A stretch of DNA of 64,000 nucleotides. Source: Candidatus Dormiibacterota bacterium (GTDB lineage: Bacteria; Chloroflexota; Dormibacteria; Aeolococcales; Aeolococcaceae). Within the stretch, counting starts at the first letter, position 1. Each line of letters starts with the position of its first letter. Where the stretch lies: positions 39,380 through 103,379 of the forward strand of contig CAWEEP010000059.1 of the NCBI GenBank assembly GCA_963808125.1, in the 5' to 3' direction. The translations under genes and the position numbers were made by a program. The notes under the pieces were generated by a model that saw only the letters and a list, made by a program, of their open reading frames with translations, was not told the origin of the DNA and ran no database searches. Positions 38,141-45,564 of this stretch are shown here, in pieces.

Positions 38141-40489
38141 ATGCTCTCCTCCCCCAAACTCCACCGCTGGCTCGCGCTTGGATGCGCCGGGGTCCTCCTC
38201 GGAAGCAGCCTGGTTCTCGCGGCCAGCCGCGTGGAGGCCTCGGCGGCGGGCGGTTCTGTCTTCTCAACGGCGCAGTCCGTGTTCCCGTCGATCAGTTCCC
38301 TGCCAAGCAAGGTGTCTGGGGTCGGCGCGCCGACGTCGTCGAGCCCGAGGCCGGGTGGATCTCAGAAGGAAGTGACCAACACCGCCGACCAGGCGAACGG
38401 CGCCTACACCCCGCTGACCCCCTATCGCATCTGTGACACGCGGACCGGCCATGGCACTTCCTGCCAAGGCAATACACTCGGCCCCCTGGGCACCCTGAGC
38501 CTCACCGTCACCGGTGTCGACGGGGTGCCCGACACGGCGACGGCGGTGGCCCTCAACGTCACCGTCACCGACACCGACGCCAACAGTTTCCTCACCGTCT
38601 ATCCCGCCGGAGAGGCGACTCCCACCGTCTCCAACCTCAACTGGTTTCCCGGGATGACCATCCCCAACCTCGTCATCGTCCCCCTCGGCACCGCCGGGCA
38701 GGTGACCTTCTTCAACGGATTCGGCACCGTCGACGTCATCGCCGACCTGGAGGGGTACTTCTCCCCTGAGGGCACCGGCCAGACCGCCGGCAGCTACGTC
38801 CCCCTGACCCCGGCCAGGATCGCCGACACCCGCCCCGGCAGCGGCGAGCCCTATGCCGGCGACACCCTTCAGGCGGGCAGCACGCTGAACATCCAGGTCA
38901 CCGGGGAGGGTGGGGTGCCCGCCACCGGCGTCGCCGGCGCGCTCCTCAACGTCACCGTCACCGGCACCAGCGCGCAGAGCTTCCTCACCGTCTACCCGCA
39001 GGGGGTGAGTATGCCGCTGGCCTCCAACCTGAACTGGATGGCCGGAGACACGATCCCCAACCGGGTGGTGGTGCCGGTCAGCCCCACCACCGGCCAGATC
39101 ACCGTCTACAACCCTTTCGGCACGGTGGACGTGATCGTCGACGTCGACGGCTACTTCACCACCGGCACCACGACGCCGGCGGGAGCCAGCCTGTTCGGCA
39201 CGGTCAGCCCCGTCCGGGTGCTGGACAGCCGGCTGAGCAGCCAGACCCTCAGTTCCAGCGGCGTCGTCACCCAGCAGATCGCCGGAGTGGACGGCATCGC
39301 CTCCAACGCCACCGCGGTGGTCTCCAACATGACCGCCACCGACACCTCCTGGGAGAGCTTCTTCACGGTCTATCCGGGAGGGTCCCGGCCCAACGCGTCG
39401 GACCTGAACTGGTTCGCGGGCAACACCATCCCCAACCTCACCGTGGCCACCCTGAGCAGCACCGGCAGCGTCTCGGTCTTCAACGCCTTCGGCTACGCGG
39501 ACCTCATCATCGACGCCTCCGGCTACTTCGCCCCGGAGACGCCGGCCCCGGTGACGATCCTCACGACCTCGCTTCCCTCGGCGACGGTCGGTGACATCGG
39601 CTACTCGGCGACGCTGAGCGGCTACGGGGGCACCCCGGCGTACACCTGGACAATGGACGGCGGGTCGCTTCCCCCGGGCCTCAGCCTCTCCACCGCCGGG
39701 GTGATCTCCGGCCAGCCCACGGCGTCGTCCGGCTCACCGTATCACTTCACGGTCGAGCTGACCGACTCCACCACCATCGTCAAGACGGCGACGCAGGCAC
39801 TGTCGATCACCGTCGCGTCGACCATGACGGAAAGCCTCGGGTACAGCTATAACTGGTCCGGCTACGCGGTGACCGGAGGCCCGTTCACTTCGGTCACGGG
39901 GACCTTCGTCATGCCCAATCTCTATTCCTCTGACCCAGACAACACGGCGATGTCGGAGTGGGTCGGCATCGACGGTTTGGACAACGATAATCTGATCCAG
40001 GCGGGCATCATCGAGTACCCGAACGGATCAGGGGGTTACAACTACTTTCCGTGGTGGGAGATCCTTCCGAACGATGCGGTGGACATCTTCCCGGGAGCGC
40101 TGACTGATCTAGCGGCCGGGGACAGTGTCACCATCACGATCAGCCAGATCGACGGCACCGATTGGGCGATCAACTTTGTCGACACCACGCAGTCGGAGAC
40201 GTTCACGACCGACCAGAAGTACACCGGAGCAGCGACGTCGGCGGAGTGGATTGTGGAAACCCCCAATTACGACGTTCTCGATCCGGCCGCAGGGGACTTT
40301 ATGGCGAACTACACCGCCACGGGGTTCCGTGACCTCGGTGCGGTCGGACCCGTGTATGGCGTGTCGGGCGGGACTGGCCTGACCGAGATCCTGATGGTTC
40401 AGACTCCTCCGGGGGGGCCTGAAGCGCAGGTTTCCACACCGTCCTCCCTCGACTTCTCGTGGGCTTTAACATGGCATACGGGAACCTAG
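38141..40489 (+). CDS. Secreted multidomain protein: signal peptide, 3 copies of an unassigned roughly 120-aa repeat, He_PIG (putative Ig) domain, then a C-terminal eqolisin/G1 glutamic peptidase-like domain
   Basis: The signal peptide is MLSSPKLHRWLALGCAGVLLGSSLVLAASRVEA. Repeat pattern: Y.PLTP.RI.DTR-[Cys pair]-…LNVTVT.T…SFLTVYP.G…P..SNLNW..G.TIPN.V.VP…GQ.T..N.FG.VD.I.D..GYF. He_PIG region …SLPPGLSLSTAGVISGQPTASSGSPYHFTVELTD…. C-terminal domain …YSYNWSGYAV…SEWVGIDG…NLIQAGII…AEWIVETP… matches my memory of the scytalidoglutamic-peptidase fold with catalytic Gln and Glu contexts. Confidence 0.85.
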   Translation: MLSSPKLHRWLALGCAGVLLGSSLVLAASRVEASAAGGSVFSTAQSVFPSISSLPSKVSGVGAPTSSSPRPGGSQKEVTNTADQANGAYTPLTPYRICDTRTGHGTSCQGNTLGPLGTLSLTVTGVDGVPDTATAVALNVTVTDTDANSFLTVYPAGEATPTVSNLNWFPGMTIPNLVIVPLGTAGQVTFFNGFGTVDVIADLEGYFSPEGTGQTAGSYVPLTPARIADTRPGSGEPYAGDTLQAGSTLNIQVTGEGGVPATGVAGALLNVTVTGTSAQSFLTVYPQGVSMPLASNLNWMAGDTIPNRVVVPVSPTTGQITVYNPFGTVDVIVDVDGYFTTGTTTPAGASLFGTVSPVRVLDSRLSSQTLSSSGVVTQQIAGVDGIASNATAVVSNMTATDTSWESFFTVYPGGSRPNASDLNWFAGNTIPNLTVATLSSTGSVSVFNAFGYADLIIDASGYFAPETPAPVTILTTSLPSATVGDIGYSATLSGYGGTPAYTWTMDGGSLPPGLSLSTAGVISGQPTASSGSPYHFTVELTDSTTIVKTATQALSITVASTMTESLGYSYNWSGYAVTGGPFTSVTGTFVMPNLYSSDPDNTAMSEWVGIDGLDNDNLIQAGIIEYPNGSGGYNYFPWWEILPNDAVDIFPGALTDLAAGDSVTITISQIDGTDWAINFVDTTQSETFTTDQKYTGAATSAEWIVETPNYDVLDPAAGDFMANYTATGFRDLGAVGPVYGVSGGTGLTEILMVQTPPGGPEAQVSTPSSLDFSWALTWHTGT
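38396..39539 (+). repeat. Three tandem in-frame protein repeats (about 390 nt each) inside 38141-40489
   Basis: Repeat starts at about nt 38396, 38786 and 39182. Each unit carries a conserved N-x-T site (ALNVTVT, LLNVTVT, VSNMTAT). Units 1 and 2 carry RI[CA]DTR near the start; unit 1 has a Cys pair. Confidence 0.7.
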
Positions 40490-40502
40490 CGCCGGCCGCC
40501 CC

Positions 40503-40778
40503 GTGACCTCGGGCGGCCAGATCTACACCACCGACGTGGCGTACTCGGGACCCGCGTCGGCGGCGGAATGGGGCGGCGGGGTGGCGCCGTTCACCGTGTC
40601 AACCCCCTTCGCCGACTACGGGCAGACGACCTTCAGCCAGCTCAGTGTCGCCGGCCCCGAGACCTCGCTGCTGCGGGAGACCCTGTCGCAGAGCGGCGTT
40701 CAACTCTCGACCCCGTCTGCGCTCGATTCCACCGGGTTCAACGTGGCGTACGGGAGCACGACACCCAGCCCTCCGTGA
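40503..40778 (+). CDS. Degenerate duplicated fragment of the G1-peptidase C-terminal half (91 aa), possibly a remnant
   Basis: GTG at 40503. …YSGPASAAEWGGGVAPFTVSTPFADYGQTTFSQLSVAG…SLLRETLSQSGVQLSTPSALDSTGFNVAYG parallels …YTGAATSAEWIVETPNYDVLDPAAGDFMANYTATGFRDLGAVG…TGLTEILMVQTPPGGPEAQVSTPSSLDFSWALTW of the upstream gene. It has lost the EWIVE glutamate context and is in a different frame from 38141-40489. Confidence 0.3.
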   Translation: MTSGGQIYTTDVAYSGPASAAEWGGGVAPFTVSTPFADYGQTTFSQLSVAGPETSLLRETLSQSGVQLSTPSALDSTGFNVAYGSTTPSPP

Positions 40779-40813
40779 TGCTCGCCTTCTGAGTGCGGCT
40801 GTGGCCCGGCCCC

Positions 40814-41692
40814 TCAGCGGTCTGACGGGACCGCGCCCTTCGCCCCGTCGGCACGCAGAGCGGACATGTAGGCGTGGAGGCCCTCCCGCCAGTCGGGGAG
40901 GGGGGGCTCGCCGAGTTCTCTCCAGCGCCGGTTGTCGAGCACGGAGTAGGCGGGGCGGGGCGCCGGCGTCGGGTATTCGGCACTCCCGATCGCCTCGACC
41001 GGGACGTCCAGTCCGGCGTCGGACACGATCGTCTCGGCGAACCCGTGCCAGGTAGACACCCCCGCGTTGGTGAGGTGGAAGGTGCCGAGGTCCCCACGCT
41101 CGAGCAGCCGGACGATCGCCGAAGCGAGATGGCCGGTCCAGGTGGGCGACCCGTACTGGTCCGCAACGACCCGCAGCGGCCTCCCGTCGCGCGCCAGGCG
41201 GAGCATGGTGAGGACGAAGTTGGGCCCCTGCTGGCCGTACAGCCAGGCGGTCCTGACGATCTGGTGGCGGTGCCACGTCTCGCGCACCGCCTCCTCGCCG
41301 GCGAGCTTCGTTCGCCCGTAGGCGCTGCGCGGCGCCGGCGGCGCAGTCTCGTCGATGGGCGAGGTGGCGGTGCCGTCGAAGACGTAGTCGGTGCTCAGGT
41401 GGCAGAGGAGGACATCCCGCTCCCGGCATGCCTTGGCAAGCACACGAGGGCCGTCGGCGTTGACAGTTCGCGCCGCGTGCTCCGCGTCCTCGGCCGCGTC
41501 CACCCGGGTCCAGGCGGCGCAGTTGACGACGGCGTCCGGAACAACATGGTCGAGCAGCGTCGCCACCGACTCGGGGCTGCGGATGTCGACACTGTCGACG
41601 TCGTGCCCGGAGGCTTGGTGGCCGGTGCGAGAGAGGGTGTCCAGGAGTTCGCGACCGAGCTGCCCCCGCGAGCCCACCACCTCGATGCGCAC
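40814..41692 (-). CDS. rmlD: dTDP-4-dehydrorhamnose reductase
   Basis: GTG rc at 41692 (VRIEVVGSRGQLGRELL…). …VVNCAAWTRVDAAE…, …LSTDYVFDG…PIDETAPPAPRSAYGRTKLAGEE… (YxxxK). The upstream 193 codons of the ORF are rejected. Confidence 0.85.
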   Translation of the reverse strand: MRIEVVGSRGQLGRELLDTLSRTGHQASGHDVDSVDIRSPESVATLLDHVVPDAVVNCAAWTRVDAAEDAEHAARTVNADGPRVLAKACRERDVLLCHLSTDYVFDGTATSPIDETAPPAPRSAYGRTKLAGEEAVRETWHRHQIVRTAWLYGQQGPNFVLTMLRLARDGRPLRVVADQYGSPTWTGHLASAIVRLLERGDLGTFHLTNAGVSTWHGFAETIVSDAGLDVPVEAIGSAEYPTPAPRPAYSVLDNRRWRELGEPPLPDWREGLHAYMSALRADGAKGAVPSDR

Positions 41693-41699
41693 GAGCGCC

Positions 41700-42713
41700 T
41701 CAGGCCGCGCCCGGCGGCAGCGGCTTGTAGTTGCGCTGGTAGAACTCCCAGAACTCGCCGCTCTTGAGAGGGCGCCACCACTCCGGGTGCTCGACATACC
41801 AGCGAACGGTGCGCTCCATGCCCGCGGCGAAGGACACCCGAGGCGCCCACCCGAGGCCCTGCAGCTTGCTGCAGTCCAGCGCGTAGCGGCGGTCGTGGCC
41901 AGGGCGGTCGGCGACCAGCTGCTTGAGCGAGTCCGGCTTGCCCAGAAGTCGCAGAACCGTGTCGGCGACGGTGCGCCCATCGATCTCGCCGCCCATCCCG
42001 ACGTTGTAGTCCTCACCGGTGCGCCCGTCGCGCAGCGCCTTGTCGATGCCCCGACAGTGATCCTCGACATGGATGTAGTCGCGCACCGCGGAGCCGTCGC
42101 CGTAGATGGGTAGCGGCCTGTCCTCGATGGCGTTGGTGATGAAGAGGGGAATGATCTTCTCCGGGTACTGATACCAGCCGTACGTGTTGGAGCCGCGCGT
42201 GACGATGGCGGGGAAGCCGAACGATGCGCGGTAGGCCTTGACGAGCATCTCCCCGCCGGCCTTGCTGGCACTGTACGGGCTCCTCGGATCGAGGCAGTCG
42301 CCCTCGCGGCTCCGCCCTTCGTTCACCTCGCCGTAGACCTCGTCGGTGCTCACGTGCAGGAAGCGCTGGTGGCCGCTCGCCCGTGCCGCCTCCATGAGCA
42401 CGTAGACCCCGTGGACATCGGTCTGGATGAACTGCCCCGCTGCCTCGAGGGAGCGGTCCACGTGCGATTCCGCCGCGAAGTTGACGATGACGTCCGTTTC
42501 CCTCGCCAGCGTCGCGACGGTAGCCGAGTTGCAGATGTCGCCGTGGACGAAGCGCATTCGGGGATCGTCCGCCACCGGGTCCAGGTTGCGAAGATTGCCA
42601 GCGTAGGTCAGCTTATCGAGGACGATCACGGAGTCCCCGGCATGCTCGCGAAGAGTCATCCGCACGAACTCGCTGCCGATGAAGCCGGCTCCGCCCGTGA
42701 CCAGGAGCCTCAT
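41700..42713 (-). CDS. rmlB: dTDP-glucose 4,6-dehydratase
   Basis: MRLLVTGGAGFIGSEFVR…, …HVSTDEVYG…, …YSASKAGGEMLVKAY…, …YIHVEDHCRGI…. Textbook RmlB. Confidence 0.92.
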   Translation of the reverse strand: MRLLVTGGAGFIGSEFVRMTLREHAGDSVIVLDKLTYAGNLRNLDPVADDPRMRFVHGDICNSATVATLARETDVIVNFAAESHVDRSLEAAGQFIQTDVHGVYVLMEAARASGHQRFLHVSTDEVYGEVNEGRSREGDCLDPRSPYSASKAGGEMLVKAYRASFGFPAIVTRGSNTYGWYQYPEKIIPLFITNAIEDRPLPIYGDGSAVRDYIHVEDHCRGIDKALRDGRTGEDYNVGMGGEIDGRTVADTVLRLLGKPDSLKQLVADRPGHDRRYALDCSKLQGLGWAPRVSFAAGMERTVRWYVEHPEWWRPLKSGEFWEFYQRNYKPLPPGAA

Positions 42714-42723
42714 TCCAGCACCC

Positions 42724-44937
42724 CTATTCGAACCAGCCCTGAACGTCGACCACGGCGTTGATCGTACCGTACAGGTTGTACAGGTCGAACGCCCCGGGAT
42801 GGCTGCCTGAGGTGGCCAGCTGGACGATGGTCAGGTTGGGGATGACCTGGCCCGTCCAGGCATTGACGTCACTGGCGAGGGGCAGGGCGTCACCGTCTGG
42901 GTAGGCGGTGAGGAAGGTGGGGGACGTCCCGCTCACCGCCGTGAGGTTGGCCAGGACGGCAACGGGCGGGGAGCTGCCGCCCGAGGCGGGAAGGCCGTCG
43001 ACGCCGGACACCTGGACCGTCATGCTCTGTCCGGGGCCCAGGGGATTCCCCGAGCACTCCGTCGCAAAGCCCAGGCTGGCGATTCGCGTGTCGCAGATCC
43101 GGGTCGGCGCGATGGCGTAGAAATGGGCTCCCGCCAACGTCTCGGCACCGGTGCCGAACCAGCCGTTGACGTCGAGGATCGCATTGATGCTGCCCTGCAT
43201 GTTGTAGACGCAGACGTCGGCGTTCGGACCGAGACGGGTGATCACCCGGTTGGGTCGGGTCTCGAAGGGCCAGACGTTGACGTTGGAGTAGGCAGGTGGA
43301 CTGGTGGGGCAGGCGTCGGCGCTGTTGGGAGAGGTGACACTCAGGAAGGATTGCTGGGTTCCGGAGACTGCGGTGAGGTTGAGGGCAACGGCCTCCGCCG
43401 TGCCGTTGGTCGGCACCGATGCTGTCCCCGCCGCCGCACCTGCGGGCAGCCCGCCAACGGTGATCTTCGTCCAGGAGTTGACCCCAAGCGGAGTGCTCGC
43501 GCAGCCCGTGCCGCTCGACGGACGGGTGTCACAGATGCGCAAGGGGGCGATGGCGTGGAAGAGGCCTGGAGCCGAGGTCCCCGACGCTGCGGCGAAGTAG
43601 CCGACGACGTCGACGGCGACGTCGACGCGCCCATACGGGCTGTAGATGCTGACCTGGCCGGCGTCGCCGAGGGGTACCACCGCGAGGTTGGCGACGATGT
43701 CCCCGGCGAGGACGTTGATGTTGGAGGTGCCGGGCAAGGCGGCGCCGGTGGGATAGACCGTCAAGAAGGTGGCCTGGGTCGGCCCAATGGCCGTGACGTT
43801 GAGCACCACCTCCTGGGCGTCGGCGGGCACCAGCTGACCCTGAGGGCCGGTGACCCCGGCGATAAACATGCTCACCGTCCCCCCTGGCCCGATGGGATGC
43901 CCGGAGCACCCGGTGCCCGTGCCGACCCGCGTGTCACAGATGCGATAGGGGGTGAGCGGCGTGTAGGCACCGGCGCTTCCGAGCGGTGCGTACGCCCCGC
44001 CGCCCCACAGCAGGGATGAGTAAGCGCTCAGGAACTCGTCGACATCGACGTTCGGGTCGTTGTTGGGGACGGGAAAACCGCTGTTGATCTCGTACTGCCA
44101 TGCGACGGTGGTGTTGGCGCAGGGCAGCGGGTACGGGGTCTCGTCGGCCGGGTCCCAGGGCGGGGCATTCCCTGCGATGGGGAAGTACGGTGGCTGTTGG
44201 CCCGGATACCAGTAATACGGCTCGAATTCGTTCGTCCAGAGAGCGACGCCGTTGGCGAGCGCGGGCTCCGCTGCCACCGCCGAGCACCACGCCCCCGAGG
44301 TGCCGGCAAACGGGCCCGCGGTGTTGTAACTGTTTTCGTAGAAGCCGGGGACGTAGCCGCTGCCCGAGTCGGCGAAGGCCTGGTACCAGCTCTCGATGTA
44401 CGGGGTGGAGATGCCGTCATAGATTTCGACGTCGCGGAAGATCGCCGTTCCCGGTGGGGCGCCCAGCGTGTGGGCCTGCTGAATGGCCGTCTGGGCCTCG
44501 CTGGTGCCCTGGGCCGTCTCCGCCTGGACGCTCGAGGTGTTGAATCCGTCGGCGTCGGCGATGAGCAGGATGCTCACACCGTTCGAGGCGAGGAAGCTGA
44601 CCTCCGCAGCGCTGAGGCCGTTCGTCCCGCAGCGGTTGGACCCCAGATACCGACCGATGAAGGCGGGCGTGCCCATGCCGACCGTCTCTGCGATCGGGAC
44701 GACGCTCGTGGCCGAGTCGCAGCTGTCGATGCCCCAGAGGGTCGCGGGATAGGAGGCGGCCGCAACGGCGACCGGCTGGAACTGGAATGCCAGAGCGCAC
44801 ACCGCCACCGCCACCGCGGCACCGATCAGGCTGCGCCACCGTCGAGATCGGCTGGCCAAGGATCCTCCGCCCGTGTGTTCGTCCTGTCGCCGGCCACCCC
44901 TGCCGCGCGGGCGCCGACCGCCCGGGGATTCTCGCAC
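42724..44937 (-). CDS. Secreted protein: N-terminal DUF1906/Rv2525c-like glycoside-hydrolase-like domain plus 3 copies of the same roughly 120-aa repeat family as 38141-40489
   Basis: Hydrophobic leader …SLIGAAVAVAVCALAFQ…. …LWGIDSCDSATSVVPIAETVGMGTPAFIGRYLGSN…ILLIADADGF… resembles the DUF1906 TIM-barrel hydrolase-like family (family call from memory). C-terminal repeats …YTPLTPYRICDTRVGTGTGCSGHP…VLNVTAIGPT…FLTVYPTG…VPLGDAGQVSIYSPYGRVDVAVDVVGYF…, each with a Cys pair and an N-x-T. Confidence 0.8.
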   Translation of the reverse strand: MRESPGGRRPRGRGGRRQDEHTGGGSLASRSRRWRSLIGAAVAVAVCALAFQFQPVAVAAASYPATLWGIDSCDSATSVVPIAETVGMGTPAFIGRYLGSNRCGTNGLSAAEVSFLASNGVSILLIADADGFNTSSVQAETAQGTSEAQTAIQQAHTLGAPPGTAIFRDVEIYDGISTPYIESWYQAFADSGSGYVPGFYENSYNTAGPFAGTSGAWCSAVAAEPALANGVALWTNEFEPYYWYPGQQPPYFPIAGNAPPWDPADETPYPLPCANTTVAWQYEINSGFPVPNNDPNVDVDEFLSAYSSLLWGGGAYAPLGSAGAYTPLTPYRICDTRVGTGTGCSGHPIGPGGTVSMFIAGVTGPQGQLVPADAQEVVLNVTAIGPTQATFLTVYPTGAALPGTSNINVLAGDIVANLAVVPLGDAGQVSIYSPYGRVDVAVDVVGYFAAASGTSAPGLFHAIAPLRICDTRPSSGTGCASTPLGVNSWTKITVGGLPAGAAAGTASVPTNGTAEAVALNLTAVSGTQQSFLSVTSPNSADACPTSPPAYSNVNVWPFETRPNRVITRLGPNADVCVYNMQGSINAILDVNGWFGTGAETLAGAHFYAIAPTRICDTRIASLGFATECSGNPLGPGQSMTVQVSGVDGLPASGGSSPPVAVLANLTAVSGTSPTFLTAYPDGDALPLASDVNAWTGQVIPNLTIVQLATSGSHPGAFDLYNLYGTINAVVDVQGWFE
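42727..43974 (-). repeat. Three tandem in-frame protein repeats inside 42724-44937
   Basis: Units begin at …AYTPLTPYRICDTR, …AIAPLRICDTR and …AIAPTRICDTR. Same family as the 38396-39539 repeats, with 30-45% identity by eye. Confidence 0.7.
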
Positions 44938-45032
44938 GAGATCGCCGCGAGCGCGCCTGTCGATGCCAAATCGAAGCCACCCCCGGGGCTCACCGCGACA
45001 CGCCCCCGGCTCCCGGGGCGGCGCGACGCCAG

Positions 45033-45470
45033 CTACCCGAGCTCCAGACGCTCGATACGGCCCTGCCTGCGGTCCACCGTCGCCGTCAGATGGTGGCTCA
45101 GCGAGACGGCCGGGACCGGCGCTAAGGCGGGACCCCAGACCACCTCGTCATCGGCGACCTCCAACTCCACCTCCACCTGGTTGGACTCCTCCTCGGGCCA
45201 GTAGGCGGTGGTGACGCAGCGCTCTCCCGCGTCCTCCAGGGAGGAGGCGGCGCGCCCGATCAAGTGGTAGGTGTCGGGGTCACGGCGAACCGCGTCGAGG
45301 GCCGCGGGGTCGAGGTAGTCGAGGCGGGGATGCTGGGGGGAGTCGAGGCGCGAGAGGTCACCGAGAAGGCGGCTGAGCAGCTCGCCGACGCGGGTCGTCT
45401 CAGACGCCCGCACGGCGGCATCCTTGCTCCACCCCTCCTCCCGAACGGGGGCCACGTGGATGAAGGTCAT
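45033..45470 (-). CDS. Hypothetical protein (145 aa)
   Basis: No recognisable motif. Sits downstream of the secreted repeat protein. Confidence 0.35.
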   Translation of the reverse strand: MTFIHVAPVREEGWSKDAAVRASETTRVGELLSRLLGDLSRLDSPQHPRLDYLDPAALDAVRRDPDTYHLIGRAASSLEDAGERCVTTAYWPEEESNQVEVELEVADDEVVWGPALAPVPAVSLSHHLTATVDRRQGRIERLELG

Positions 45471-45564
45471 CTCTCTCCGATCTGTGCCAGACCGCTGCCC
45501 GCCCGTCCAGGGGCGGAATCATCCCAGGTCCGGGAGGATCTCTGCACCACCTTACACTGGCCGG

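Noticed and set aside
43123-44019. 298-aa plus-strand ORF and several 80-150-aa ORFs in 43.3-45.2 kb
   Set aside because: They are antisense to, or frame-shifted within, the 737-aa secreted repeat protein. Their translations are Gly/Arg/Pro-rich.
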